A DNA stretch of 64,000 nucleotides from Spizellomyces punctatus DAOM BR117 (Eukaryota), in assembly GCA_000182565.2 (NCBI GenBank), contig KQ257470.1. One strand, given 5' to 3'. The notes under the pieces are model-generated. The model was not told the origin of the DNA. It saw nothing but the letters and a program-made list of their open reading frames with translations, and made no database searches. The position numbers were made by a program, and so were the translations under genes. Every line of letters starts with the position of its first letter. The stretch's first letter is position 1. This document shows, one piece after another, positions 39,929-54,107 of the stretch.

Positions 39929-42900
39929 ATGAGTATGGACACAGACCCACCGGCCGGCTCCTCTTCAGGTCGCCTCCTGCAGGTTCATCGTTGTCGAGTT
40001 GTAAACTACTCTCCGGCAGGTATTGTAAGTCTAGCGGTGACCCCCGAAGCGACCAAATCCGAACCGCACACGGGGAAGCGCCGTGTGGTGTTGGCCTGTG
40101 CAAGAAGCAATGGAGACGTAGAATTGTGGAATCCAAAGGGGCAGGGTTGGTTCTTGGAAAGGGTAGGTAGTCTCCGAACCCTGGATCTGGCGTGATTTCA
40201 GTGATGAAACTTTGATGGATCTGGGTTGGTTCCAAGCGCCTAATATTTATGATCGTCCCTAGACAATCCCCGGGTCACCAAATTCTGCGGTAGAAACTGT
40301 GTTGTGGATTCACCAGACCGCCATTGATCCCGAAACGACAAATGACAGCGACTTTGATTCCCAGGAAGAGCGTGCTGCTTATGTTCGGGCCCTTCGTGCT
40401 GCTCCACCAAGACTTATCACTGCAGGCCTGGATGGCCGTATCGTGGAATGGGATACGATTTCGCTGCGTCCCCGCCAGATTGCCGAGCCCGGAGGTGGGG
40501 CTGTGTGGTGCGTTGCCGTAAATCAGTCACATACACGATTGGCAGTTGGATGTGAGGATGGTCACGTTCGAATCCTGGATGTCACCGACGGTAGATTGGA
40601 ATTTACCAAACTGCTTGAAAAGGCTCCTACCAGAATACTGTCCATTGCATGGCATCCTGCTGGCCAGTACGTTGTGGTCGGCGGCGCCGATAGCAGTATC
40701 AGGAAGATAGATGTGCGGACTGGACAAATAGTACAAAGGTTGACCACGGATACGCTACCGGGCGAAGAGACGATTGTATGGGACCTAAAAGTGCTGCAGG
40801 ATAGTACCATCATCAGTGGTGACTCCATGGGCAAAGTCACATTCTGGGACTGGAAGTCAGGAACACCTGTCAGATCTGTGAAGGCGCATGGTGCTGACGT
40901 GTTGTGTTTGGTAGCTAATAAGGCGGGGACAAAAGTCTGGAGTTCGGGCGTTGATCGTAAAGTCGTGCAAATCAGTCTGATCGAGCTTGGATCCACCGCA
41001 CCTGTCGCCAAGTCACCAGCACGCGAGGGAAAAAAGAACATATCAAAACATTCTAAGCAAAGTGGAAGTAAGAATTGGGTGGTATCTGGGGAAAAGCGTT
41101 ATCACTCGCATGATGTACGCGCACTCTCACTGCTTGAGGGACGACCGTACGATGCGCTTGTCTCTGGTGGGGTGGATAGCACCCTAGTGGTCTCAAGCCC
41201 CCTTACCGAGTTCCCTTATTTGAAGCAATACCGCATGCCAACCTTTCCTCACCGTCCCATTATCCAAATAACGCGAAGGACCAGATTCCTCCTTGCCCGC
41301 TTCTCAGATCATGTTAAACTCTGGCAACTTGGGCGTGCCCTCCCCCTGCAGCGTCCGCCAAGCGCGTTGGACAACTACGAAAGACTTGAACACCAACCTG
41401 AAAAGCTCCTTCTCAACATCAAACCAAAGTGCGCAACGAATCTCACGTCTAGCGCAATATCTGAAAATGGGCACTGGATCGCTGTGTCGGATATGCAATC
41501 CGTAAAGTTGTTTAGAGTTCAAACAAGCGGTCACAACGGCTTGCCTCGCGTTCGAAGAGCCAAGACCTTTCCGTCTTCTGCAGAAGGTCCTATTCGAGGC
41601 GCACACGCACTGTGCTTCACTCCCGATTCAATGCGGCTGATTGTTGCTGGCTCCGATTCGGTGGTCTACGTGGTGGATCTTAGTCAAAGTCGCGACGACA
41701 TTTTCGGGATCGTAAAGACATTTGAGGCACACCGGGGCGACGAGGCCAGCGAGATGGAGGTGCAAGCGGATGGTGATGCCATGGATGTAGATGGAGATAG
41801 TGTACCAACCAACAGTGCAGGAAAGTTGGTGACAGGGGGAGAAAGGGAAATGGTTGCAACCCTGGCAGTAAGCGGAGATGGACAATGGCTCGCCAGTGGA
41901 GATTTATTGAATCGCATCCATGTTTTTAACCTCGATTCTTTAAAGGTTTGTGTTTGAACCGTGCTCTCACTTTGAATGCACCCTTTCTAATCTATACTTT
42001 TGCTAGCATCACGCAACACTACCCATATTCTCATCCCTCCACACATCGCTCACATTCCATCCGTCATCACCCACTCTTATCGTCACATGTACATCTAATG
42101 AATTTTTCCTCTACGACTGCGAGGAAGCCACCTTGACAGATTGGTCACGCGAATATTCCCATAGACTACCCTACCGATGGCTTCAAAGAAAAGAAGTCGT
42201 GATGGGTGTCGGGTTTGACCCAAAACGGCCAGCAGTGGTGACTCTGTGGGGAGCTACGCATCTCTGCTTTGTGGATCTAGAAAAACCAATGGGACCACGG
42301 GACGCAGTGATATCTGTGCGACGTCGAAAGCTGTTACAGTATCGCGCAAAGAAGTTACACGGCGGTTCCCAAAAGATTCCCAAAGCTGCAGATGACGTTA
42401 GCGCTGCGATGGATAAAGGCATGGTGGATCACGAACTAGCTGAGCTTGAGCGGCGAGAATTTGAGAAGCGACGCAAAGCTGCTGCACGAGAGATTGCCAA
42501 AGCAGCCAACGGACTTACCAACGGTGTCGGTAAAAAGAACCAAAACAAAGACACGACAAGCTCCGACGATGAGGAAGAAGACGAAAGTCAGCACGCGGTT
42601 GAAAACGGTGTTATCCTCATTGATAGCGGAAGTGAGCATGACGAAAGTGGCGACTTGGAGGAGGAGGACGAAGGAGACGGCATACCCATTGTCAATGGCA
42701 TAGATCACGACAACGACACGCAGGCAACAGCTCGAGCAGGCACGAAACGACAGCACAGCGATTCAAACGGCAAAGTAAGCGGGCCAACCAAACTCGCTGC
42801 TAATACTTTCAGCGAGAGTTTCCAAATGGAGCATCGGTATAGTCCATTGATGGGGTTGGGCTATGTGGGTGACAATGAATTGGTCGTAGTGGAGCGACCT

Positions 42901-42963
42901 GTTCTCAGCGTCCTTCAGAGTTTGGGTGTTGGAGGATACTACAAGCACAAGTATGGTACTTAG
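39929..42963 (+). CDS. UTP4: U3 snoRNA-associated WD40 protein Utp4
   Basis: QVHRCRVVNYSP, LACARSNGDVELWNP, RLAVGCEDG, IISGDSMGKVTFWD, KRYHSHDVRAL, LVSGGVD, C-terminal ELVVVERP..YYKHKYGT*. Confidence 0.93.
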
Positions 42964-43382
42964 GATGATGAGGAGATTGTTTACAGCATGTAGATTAACA
43001 GATTTGGCTATTTTTTTGATACTCTGCGTTGAGGCTGTTGAATTTTTTTTTGTTTTTCTCTCGAGGAGTAGGAGGGACAGGGCTTTGTTTATTATTTTTA
43101 TTCAATACAATGTGAATAACTTACACGCATGCAAACAAACTCATCCCATGAGGAAATGGTAGATATCTACATACGTTTTGTCAAAAATGAGGCGGATGAA
43201 TGACAAGTCTCAATTAAAAAAAGGTAAAATACCCAAGACCCTCCACTCTGTCATCAAAGACGGATAAAATACATATAACGTACATATACAATAAACAAAT
43301 GAATATGCAAAACCCAGGTATTATGCTGCAACAGTTTGAAATGTCCAGTGTGATGGTAAAAAACGGAAAACATCTATCAACC

Positions 43383-44592
43383 CTATGGAGAAGCAGGACT
43401 TTCTGGCGCTGTTTCATGACCAGAGTGAAGGGTTTCACGATCATTGGGCGATCGTGGGGTGGAGGAAATGGTATCGGATGGTGAGGGTATGTCGAGGTGC
43501 TCACTTTCATGTTCCGTGGGTTGCAATTGTGGTGGGATGCTTGCAAGATTTCTGTGATCTCGTTCTTGGTGTGGTGGTTCTATATCTCTGGATTGTGCTT
43601 GTCGTGCAGAACCCATTTGTGATGGTGTTTCAGAGTCATTTGCTTCCTCGGCTGGCTGTATCTCTATCGTCTCTCCAAGCGGGATGCAAACACTAGAGGT
43701 AGGTGTCCCCAAATCATCATCCTCGCCTTCTACAACAGTTGCCAGTTCTTCTCCTTCAGTATCTTCCGACTCTGGTTTCGGTTCATATGCAGGTGGTGCA
43801 AGTGGTGGAAGGACCAAGTTCTCAGTATAAGCGGGTGGAGGTGGGGGTAATGTTCCTGGAATGGGATCAAATGGTGTTGATGGGGGTTGGAGTTGGATGG
43901 TTGCGGGTGGAGTATCTAGATCATCGTTACTTGTTTCTTCGTCGATAATGAAGCGGTTGCGGTTGCGACGGAGACAGCAGCGTCGATGCAGTAGGAGACA
44001 TCCACACAGTAAAAGGAATACGGAAATGACAACGTACTACAAGATTATTCTAGATTTTAAATCATGGTTCATGGGATCAGAGTATATACAATGCAGGGCA
44101 ACATACCACTGTAATCTTCATCGCTTCAGCAATCGACTCATTCTTTTGTCTACTAGAGTCAGCACCCTGCACATCTCTCATCATAACATCATTCCGCCGT
44201 TGAACCACTAAACTCTCTTCCTCTAGCAGACACAAAACATTTTTTTCCTGTTGTATTCCGCATCGTATTCTTTTCCCCGCAGGCCAAACCCTCGCCATCC
44301 AATGCGTTTCGTTCCATGTTCCGTAATCGATACACCTCACACCTGGCGCACTGCATGCAGACTTGAGGCGCCCGGACGTGGTCAAATCAAATTTCCACTG
44401 GACGTCGTAGCAGATTTTACAATCGTTGGAAATAAATAGGCACTTGGGCTCGGGGATAAAGACAGTTGTGGGCTCCCGCCAGGAATGGTATGGTGTCTGT
44501 CTCAGTCCCTGGAAAAGCGAGTTCGACTGTGCGTCGTCGCAGCTCAGATCGCTTGGCCGCCCAAAGGGAGTAGATGTGCTTCCAAGTGTCAT
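43383..44592 (-). CDS. Hypothetical single-pass membrane protein with cytoplasmic PPxY motifs
   Basis: Cys-containing N region, intron at about 44040-44105, TM segment YVVISVFLLLCGCLLL followed by basic residues, then PPPPAY and APPAY. Start uncertain. Confidence 0.6.
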
Positions 44593-45036
44593 CTTGTAAT
44601 GCTGGTAGGGCGCATTTACTGAAATAATACCGAGAGCTCAGTCCCGGTCGTTGAAAGGTTGGTCGGAAGGGTTCCAGGAACAAAAGCAAATGGCCGAGTC
44701 ATTTAAAGTCCCTTTTCCCTTGACGCTTGGCCGGTTGGGACATGGCTGGGTCATGCATGGCTTATTTAAGCAGTCGAATGCACTTGAATCAGTCAAGATA
44801 GCCATGTGTTTTGAATGATAACCAAACTTTAAAGCAAAAGGTGCGATTAAAAACAAAACAAGTCTCCCTGATTTTTTTTTATATATTTAAAGACAATCTA
44901 CATTTGGGAAATAATACGCAAAACCATCTGTCCGCGCTCAAAACATGATATCAACATAGCGGTACGGACGACCGCTTTCAACAAAAATAAAGTACATTTA
45001 GACGCTAGGCACCCAATTACCTACAAATCAAAGCAC

Positions 45037-48000
45037 TCATAGGAGTTGTTGCTTTTCCTCCTTTTGCCGCGACTCATGGGGTAAGTGGAGAATCTACAAA
45101 GGTATCGCAAGATTTAAACCAAATTACACGATATGATTGACATGCATCTTGGTCATGCTTACCTGGTCTTCACCATACCCATATCCGTAACCATACGCCT
45201 CCGTACCACCCAAAAGCGTTTCATGGGATGTTCCTGGAAACCCGGCTCCCTCACCTTCGTCTCCCGCCTTCTCATCTCCTCCTTCTTCCTGTCCTTCGCT
45301 TGCAAAAGACCCATATCCTCGATCACCGCCACCAAGTAGCACAGAGTTCAAGGACAAGCCTCCCCCGCTCGCACCATCGCCTTTCAGACTTTGAGAATCA
45401 CTCGGAGGATCTGGTATACCATAATAGCTGGCATCCCAATATTCGACTCCCTCGTGACCCTCGTATACGTCTGACTCCTCTACTGCCAAAATCGGGAAAC
45501 ACCCAGATTGTCCAGTATGAAGATTGGTGCCTCGGCACCATCCATCCTTGTAAATTTTCCTATAAATTGCATGACAATTTAAAAATAGCGTTCTTTGCCA
45601 ACATCCAACATAGTAAGTAAACTCACCTAACAGCCACTTCATCACCAGGTCTCAACTCAACCTCATCGGGCATTCTGGGAAAGTGGGGGTACACCACAAT
45701 ATATCGCATCTGCTGCTCAAGCACGTAACCCCCACTACCTGACGAGGTTGGCGACTGCATATCAGCTTCACGGCCCATAGGAACATTCTGCAAATTCTCG
45801 GGGGTTGAAGGAGGCGGGATACTGCCATGTGACGATGATCCCATCAAGGCACCAGTAACAGCGGCTGTAACAGCGGCAGATGCACTGTGCGCTACAGGCT
45901 GTGAAGAAGCTCCAGCCTGAAGCATCTCTTGTGGCTTTCGTTTGCGAAAGATGGATTCTTGTCGCAATGGTAACGCAGTTGATTCCACCTGGGCATTTTC
46001 GAGCTGCAAGCGCGAAATATCGCCGAGCCCTCTTTGCAAAGCTTGCAAATCTCCAACGCGACTCCCTTGTTCGCTGGACATTGGCACTGTAGATGATGCA
46101 GCAGTAGACCCAGCTTGCGCTGCCCACGGGCCCTCGCCTAATGATCCACCATCCACGGGGATAGGAGCTAGTAGCGGAATAACGACATTTCGTTTCGGAT
46201 CCAAGAACCTCCCCCCAGGTATCGTGGGAGTAGAAGCGGCTTCAGAAGTCCCTGGCTTTGGTGGCGCCTCTTGCGATCGTACACGATAAACACGAAGGCT
46301 CCCGCTTCTGCGTGCTTCCTGGGTAAGACTGGCGTACGACCGCTTATTTCTATTTCTCCTGCAATACACTAGGAGAGACCCAACGGCAAGCGCAATAGCA
46401 ACCATGGTTCCAAGTAACACTCCAACAATCACCTTGGTCCGGGTTGCTTGCGCAGAACTCTCTCCTTGTCCGGTTGCAATGGGATCGGACGTGGGTACCT
46501 GCACCACAGGCGGAGATGGTCCTGCTGGAGGCGCAGGGGCGACGTTCTGTAGTAAAGTAGCTGGAGCTGTCCACGTCAAGTGCTTGGTATCAAACGCATA
46601 AATGCCGTTGTCATCCATGCCGCGCATGGGTTGCGTCGAGAGTTGCCGCCTATACCATGATCGGACATGGCGCTTGCGGATGTGTGATCGGCGCAGGTGC
46701 TGTTGTCGATCCGGCCCACCATATGGAAAATCTAAGCCGTTAGGCCACCACCTGTACACAATGATTACAATAATTAGAACCACGATACGCGCACGAAAAA
46801 GGAGAAGGAATATCTCAGCTTACTCTGGCTTTCTCCATGCCCAATCGTCATCTTCACCAGGAGCAGGGCCACCAGGCTCACTCTCCACAACTACTCTTGG
46901 CATTCCTTGTGGCCCAAACTGGGGACGCCATGGCACAGGTGCATTTTGACCCCCCTCCCAATCTCGCATGGGTGGGAACCCGTCCGGCCATTGCTGATTT
47001 TCACCATTCTCCCAATCGCGCATAGGAGGGAAGCCAAACGGCCAATCGCTGGTCTCCGGAGATTGAGTCGGAGCACCTGTGGGACTCGGCGGAGATCTCG
47101 ACGAAGATGCTGCTCCTTGCCCATTACGAGATGAACTAGTAGGCACTGCAGATACGGTCGTCCGCGGCGGTGAAGTCTGAGTTGTCGCAGGAGCAGATTG
47201 CTGACGGCCAACCTCCGCTCGCGACCTCTGTCCACCGTGAACTATAAAGAAATCGTTCAAAAGAGCCCCGGCCGCAAAACATCTAGCACCTGGCCCAGTG
47301 CCAGGTGCGCCAAGCATCCCCCAGGTGTACGTCGACAAATCCAATGTGTATAGAGCAGGATCCGACGGCTCAGTGCCATTGGGATCACATCCCCCCTGAA
47401 TGTACACAATATTACTATTAGGGGCTTTTGCGCACGTCACGCCCCAACGGGGACTTGGAGCTATGCCCGTGAAATTGCGCAAAGGCTCGAACGTCCGAGA
47501 AGTGCTCGACGGATCGAAGAGCCACACTTGATCCGAAAGAGCAGAAACAGTAGGACGCGATTGTGCTCCTCCGATAAGCAGCACTCTGTTGCCGGGTACT
47601 TTGACAGCGCATGTTCCGATAAGCTCACTAGGACCGTTGTCACCAACAATCGGCACGAATGTTGCATTGCCCGTCTTCAGATCGTAACGGATAGTTTGTG
47701 CTGCCCCATATGCAGGAACAAATCCACAATATAGACAACCCAAGCCACCTGTGCACCAAACATTGTTGAACACCAAAGTATACTGTCACATCCATTACGG
47801 CAACCTACCAAACATGTAGATGGCGTCATCCATGACAACCGAAGCATGAAATCCGCGAACCGCAGGTATTCCGGTTGGACCACTATTTAAAGTTGGTAAC
47901 CTGACGGGTAACCTCGTCATATTACCGTTGCCCATGTCATACTTCCAGATGCTTTCGTCAGCAGGGAATGGGGACCCAATGTTGGATCGAAAGCCACCTT

Positions 48001-48546
48001 CATATGGATTAGATGTCAGAGCTCATGAATGCAAGTATGAATTCTACGACTGAGAACTCACCCGTACAGTACGCAACTTCTTGCCCCTCAACTGCGGCGC
48101 AGCTATGGCCAAATAGGGGTGGAAGGTTACTGGATAGATTTGACGCAGAAGCGGTCGCAGCTGATAGGAAATATATTGATGGATCTGCACGCCATTGGGC
48201 ATTTTGCTGAGGTCTTGGAACGGTTGGCCCTGCGATGGAAATGTTAATACGATTGCGGTGTCAATCATGTCAACACATCCTGCTCTGCGGTTCGGTGCCG
48301 ACGAACCGCTAAAACTGTGGCCCTCCGAAAATACCACTTTTTAGACATACCATTTGCTGATAGTACGTATGGCGGCTGTGACGCGTCCGTCCGACCTCCG
48401 ACAAAGTAGACACCCTTTGGACCAGCAAATGCCGAATGGTGATCCCGCCATGGAATTGCCTGTGCAACTACCCCGGAGGCTTGCAGCGCGGCGAGGACCA
48501 AAAGGGCAACAAGTCGCGGTAATGGATGAGAGGTGAACGGTAACAT
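45037..48546 (-). CDS. Type I membrane protein: signal peptide, kelch beta-propeller, TM helix, cytoplasmic SH3
   Basis: Signal LVALLVLAALQASGVVA, kelch repeats (VYFVGG, VLLIGG, PSPRWG..VYIQGG, PGARCF..FIVHGG), TM VIVGVLLGTMVAIALAVGSLLVY, SH3 YPHFPRMPDEVELRPGD..DGWCRG..GCFP. Confidence 0.82.
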
Positions 48547-48956
48547 GATAAAATAAAGTGTTTGGAAGCAATCGTCTGTTTAGGAAATGTTAACTGGTTT
48601 TCTCGAGCTTGTTCGTATGAGTGCTTTGAATTCGCGGCGGGCGGCCCATGAAGAATGCAAAGACAAACTGCCAACCCAAATCCTTTCGTCTCTATTCGTA
48701 GTGTTTTTTACTTTGCTTGAGCACAGCCTACTTGGTGGTCTACCGACACAAAAAAAAGGTAATGTCCCAAACGACTTGTCGTTGTCCCCCCTCGTTCAAA
48801 TCAACCCAAACCGTCCAAAGCCAAACGAAAAGCAAGTTGGGCTGAGCAAAAAGTTGTTCGCACTGCCATTTTACCTCATTATTCCTTTTTGGGAAGGTTT
48901 GAGGCACAGCGTTCGGACATCAACGCGTGGCCAAGCCTCAAAACCTTCTTTTACAA

Positions 48957-49845
48957 CTATCCATCACACGGCATGAGCAGCGCATCTGGTAAAAGCTTCC
49001 TCAGCGTAATAGATATTCTGGTTCCTCTAGGTATTCTTTTGTTTTCCCATTCATCTTCTAACCGCTCAGGGATACCATGTTCCCACTCCCATCGTGCAGG
49101 ACCCGATAAACAAACGACATCACCTGGTGAAAGGAGAATAGGAATCGTGGTCGATTGTGTAGCTTCTCCTAGCAGTGGACATTTGGCAGCCACTTTGCTG
49201 TTTTGAACGGAATTTCGTGTCTGCTGGCAATGTGTTTGTTCTGACTTGACTGAATCGTGAGACGGAAGAATATGTGAGCACATGTCCTCTGCCTTGTTCT
49301 CGGCAGGGCGATATTCCATCACGCACGATCCAGCAAGAGAGGCTATCACAATCCCGTCATCAAAGCGTCTGACGAGATCCACATGATGCCGAAGGCCCTG
49401 TCCAGGATCATAATAATTGGCAATCATTTGGTCAAAAGCCGGATCTCTGTATGTGCATTCCGCGAGGGATTCAAAACTGTGTCAACCAAGTAGAGATGGC
49501 AAGACGATTCGCTCCATCTCACCGTTCTCGGAGTTTGTTGGGTAAAAGATCACGACTAATCTTGACGAGCTGTGACAACCACGGCGGCAGATTGCCAAAA
49601 CGCATGACTTGATTGCGGCCATTCAAAGGATCAAACCATTGCTCCTCATCTATATGCTCCAATAGTGTGTCGAGAAGAGACTGTGGAAGAAGTCGTGGGC
49701 AAAAAGTCATGCCGCGAATGACGGGATGGTGAAACGGAACCGGTGGGGGCATTGCTGACTCTGGATTGCCATGTTGACAATCTGTTTCCAACTCTGAGTC
49801 CGAGTCTGACCCAAACAGGTCATGCAACCAGCCTTTATCACTCAT
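48957..49845 (-). CDS. AlkB-family 2-oxoglutarate/Fe(II) dioxygenase
   Basis: NQVMRFG, FDQMIANYY..HVD (HxD), LSPGDVVCLSGPARWEWEHGI, RISITLR. One intron. Confidence 0.88.
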
Positions 49846-50782
49846 GTGAATCTGTTGCCTTCAATGCAAGATCCTGCCAAACAGCTTGAGTAGTGGAGTT
49901 GGTTGATGGTCACGTGATGTTGACGGATGGCGGTTGAATTTCCCTCCTAGCCTGTCTCCTGGCTTGTCTCCTGGGGCCTGGACTTTGTAGTATTGTACTT
50001 TTAGGAGGAAATATCCAGTTCAGCCGGCCCCCCCCCCCCCCCCCCCTCGACCTCCTTGCCCATCTAGAAGAGTGCTGATGGGTAGAATTCGTATGCCCTT
50101 TTTATAAATGACCTCGTATCAAATGTATGAAATGGAGCATCTGAATAGTACTTGACACATGTGAAATGCCTCGTTCTGCCATGGGCATCGATTCCATTTC
50201 CCCCTACAACAACTACCAATCCACGCGAATGTAAATTACTAGAGCCAATCAACAGAACGCGTTCTTCAACGTGAAATTCCTACGAAATGTCCAATCGCTA
50301 CGGTTTCCTTCCCCCCCGTTGACCCTCCCTAATGAATGTAATTAAAAAACACAAAAAGGAGACTGGACAGAGCTCCACGTGCGATAACAACAGTGGATGG
50401 ATTCATACATTGTATTCAATTGCATCCAAATAGTGTTAAATAGCGCTTGTTTAATATCTAAAATGCAACCCATTTGTAACCAGAGAACCATAAAGGATGC
50501 TCCCCACCCATCCCCTTTTGCAAATGAATCCACTTGGAAAGGCCACGAGTCCACGCTATTGGCTTTAAAGTGTGCTTGCCATGAGATTTGATTTAAGCTA
50601 CAGATGCATAAAAACTGAGAGCTTCCGTTCTCTGCCCCCTGGAGATACCTTTGTTCTCTAGGTCATCATTGCACCGTAAACTCAAAGGTTTCGTGTGCAG
50701 TCTTGTCCCCTGCTTTTAGTTGCTGCAGATACAATCTTTCGAGGTTGTCCCTTTTGTTTTGCGTCCTGTACCTTTGCGAAAC

Positions 50783-53579
50783 ATGCCCAAAGATCCTGCA
50801 CCTACGGTGACTCCTCGCACCGCCATCATCGGCGCGCACCAGGGAAATGGTGTTAGCGTTGGTGGAACTGGAGGTAAACTCAGTCGGTCTGGATCGTCCT
50901 CGAAGAGCGGATCCATCTTGTCCGGCCGACTTGCAGCAATCATCCTGGTGGCAGCCGTGCTCTTAGCCACGGATTGGATCCCAGCCAAATCCTACTTGGG
51001 TTCGGTCAAGAGGCACCTTTCTGATTCATACACTGCCATCCGGTATCTCCCGACTGGCTTTCAGGTTGTCGCTTTCGGTAGCATCCTCGTGGCTGGTTTC
51101 TTCACAATCACAGCTGGGAAGCCCTATGTCGTCTTTGCTTGGAACTGCTTCATCAAGCCGTTTTTGAAAAAGAAGCCCACTGGGATCGATTCAGATGAAC
51201 ATCAAAAGCGCCTTGAACAGTTTTACGAAGGCCAGGCTGAAGTGTACGATGTGACGCGTAAAAGGTTTGTAGGCAGCAATAACTTTAGTTGTCTTGATTG
51301 TATATCTTACCTCATTATCTTAGACTGCTTCGCGGCCGGAGCACAATGCTGAGGCTCTGTGGCGCTCAACTTCAACAGGTATACCCTGCGGCATCCGAGA
51401 ATGACGTGGCAGCCAAGACCGAACTCTTTTCCAAGCAGCCTTCTGTCCTCCCGTCTCCGCCGTCTTCTCCGACTTTCCCCAACGCACCTAGCAAGCGCAC
51501 CGCCTGGATCGATGTTGGTGGCGGGACGGGCGAGAATATCGAAAAGATGAACGCGACATTTCCCATCTCCAACTTTACTCGAGTGTATTTGGTGGACATT
51601 ACACCTTCCTTGTGCGAAGTTGCGCGGCAACGGTTCCAGCGCTTGGGTTGGAACAACGTTCGTGTTCTCTGCATGGATGCATCCAAATTTGCGATTCCCG
51701 AGGAAGATGGCCCAGAAGATCTTGAGATTGCCTTGATTACAATGTCCTACTCTCTGTCCATGATTGAAACCTTTTACCCGCTGATTGATCGTCTCGCACA
51801 AGTATTGAGTCCTAACGGCATATTTGGTATGTACCTCTCGGTGACTTTCATGGTTAGTTTCTCGACACTGATGGTCTCCTGTATCTATAGGTATCGCTGA
51901 TTTCTACGTTTCCCAAAAGCGATCTGCGGACCCAAGCCGCCAACTCAGCTGGTTGATGCGCTGGTTCTGGTCGATTTGGTTTGACTTTGACAACGTATAT
52001 CTGCACCCATGTCGCCGAGAATATCTCGAACACAAATTCAAAACCGTAAAGTCATTCAACGGCAAAAACAAGTTCATCAAGCCCTTTGTCAAGATACCCT
52101 ACTACGTGTGGATTGGTGCCAAGCAAGAGCAGACTATACCCACCTTCAAGCTCGAAGCTGCGGCTTTGAACGGATCAGGATCGGACAGTGAGAGCGAGTT
52201 GTACAAATGTCCCCCCGAGGTTCCGCTGCCAGCCGAAAAAGTCCTACCGGTAGCGTGCCAAGGCAACGGGCATGTGCTTTCGGATCATATTCACGGTCAT
52301 GGCTACCGATGGCGCCAACCCTTTGACCCAAAGTTGCTTTCCCGATTCTCCACTTACATTTATGCGTTTGCTTGGGAAGATCCTCGCGTGGATTTGGAGT
52401 TTATGGAGCTTACACCTAATGACCGAATGTTGGTCATTACATCTGGAGGATGTAACGTTCTGGAGTACGCTGCCAAAGTCGGGCCGGCTCGGTGAGTTAC
52501 AATATTTTGTAGTTTAGCCATATCTGCATTGCTAAACTGTCGGACCAATTATCTAGTATCCATGCGGTTGACCTGAACCCATGCCAGAACAATATGCTGG
52601 AGTTGAAGCTGGCCGGTATATCTAGCCTCGAGTTTTCAGAGTTTTGGAAGTTGTTTGGTGAAGGCCATATTCCAAACTTTGAGAGTGTCCTCGACACCAA
52701 GCTGTCTCCCTTCCTCAGTCCTTCTGCCTTCTCGTTCTGGAAAGAAAATGCTGGCTTCAGTAACCTCTTCCAGACCGGATGCTCCGGATTGGCTATTCGG
52801 GTTTTCCAATTCGTTATCAAGCTTCGTGGTTTAAGGGACGCTGTCCGAAGGATGTGCAGTGCTGTCACTTTGGATGAGCAAAAACAGATCTGGAAAGAAG
52901 AGATTCGGCCCCACTTTTTGAGCACATGGCTTATTACTCTCCTTAACAATGATCGATTCCTTTGGGGTGCTTTGGGCGTTCCGCCGGCTCAGATGCAGAT
53001 GCTGATTGAAGAAGGTGAGATCATTTCGCTGCATTAAATTCGTGTCAGTAGCGACTGACAGCTATATCTTTCTATGCAGGCACGGCGTATGAATACATTG
53101 TCAACACTTTTGATCCTGTGATCGAAAATACCCATCTTCGCACCGACAACTACTTTTACTACCTCCCTCTCATGCTTAAATACAACCCTCGTAATGTTCC
53201 CGCATATTTATCTAAAGAAGGATACCGAGCCCTCCAAACCCAACCTGCTCGCCTCAACGCCATCAAAATTCACACGGACGTTATTGTATCTGTTCTCGAG
53301 CGCGAATGTGAGGACGGAGAACTGACTCGCATTATTCTTATGGACCATCTTGACTGGTTCTCGCACGAGGATGCCGAAGCCGAGATTGGTATGGTGGCCC
53401 GCAAGTGCGCTACTGGAGGAAGAGTCTATTGGCGATCAGCCGGCAAGAGGCCTTGGTACAATATTATTTTCGAGCAGAAAGGATTTGATGTCAAGCCCCT
53501 GCAGATCCGGGAGGGCTCGACAATGTACATTGATCGCGTGAATATGTATGCTAGTTTATGGTGTGGAATCAAGCTTTGA
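50783..53579 (+). CDS. BTA1: Betaine lipid (DGTS) synthase, BtaB/BtaA fusion
   Basis: LEQFYEGQAEVYDVTR, SAM motif WIDVGGGTG, SYSLSMI, YIYAFAWEDPRVD, ITSGGCN, DLNPCQN, MDHLDWF, DRVNMYAS. Confidence 0.95.
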
Positions 53580-54107
53580 TGATGGGGGTTTGCTCTTAGA
53601 TCTTTTTAGAGAGAGATGGGAAATGGGAAGTACGGTTTTTTTTTTACTTTCACTTTTTTGTACAGCTTTGGGGATGGATAATTACTTGAATAATGGCAAT
53701 TAGTGGGTGAATGCAAGATAAAATAACGATAAATACAATACTATTTATCCCATAATCTTGATAAAACAAAGTAGAAACGCTAATGGCATTCAGGATTAGA
53801 GAAGTTGAATCGCTGGATATCGATAACATCCCTCCATGATGGTATCCCATGCCAATCCCATAAAATCACAAAACGTACACACACCGATCATTTGCAAAGG
53901 CTGTTCGTTACTTATTCTCTCTTCACATGTTTAGACATGGGTCCGTCAGTTTGACTAGAAATTGGGATAACTAGCCATGTTTCTTCCACATCCAAGTGGG
54001 GCTGACATTTTACTTGCTTTCAAGATACTTGTTTTATCTAGCTATTTGTTACTAACGGGGGATGTGAGTACGAAATGTTACATGGTGCAGTGCAGTGCAT
54101 GTCAGCT

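Noticed and set aside
50028-50046. Homopolymer runs (poly-C here; poly-A near 9887-9907 and 20554-20573)
   Set aside because: Low-complexity intergenic tracts with no retro-insertion hallmarks.
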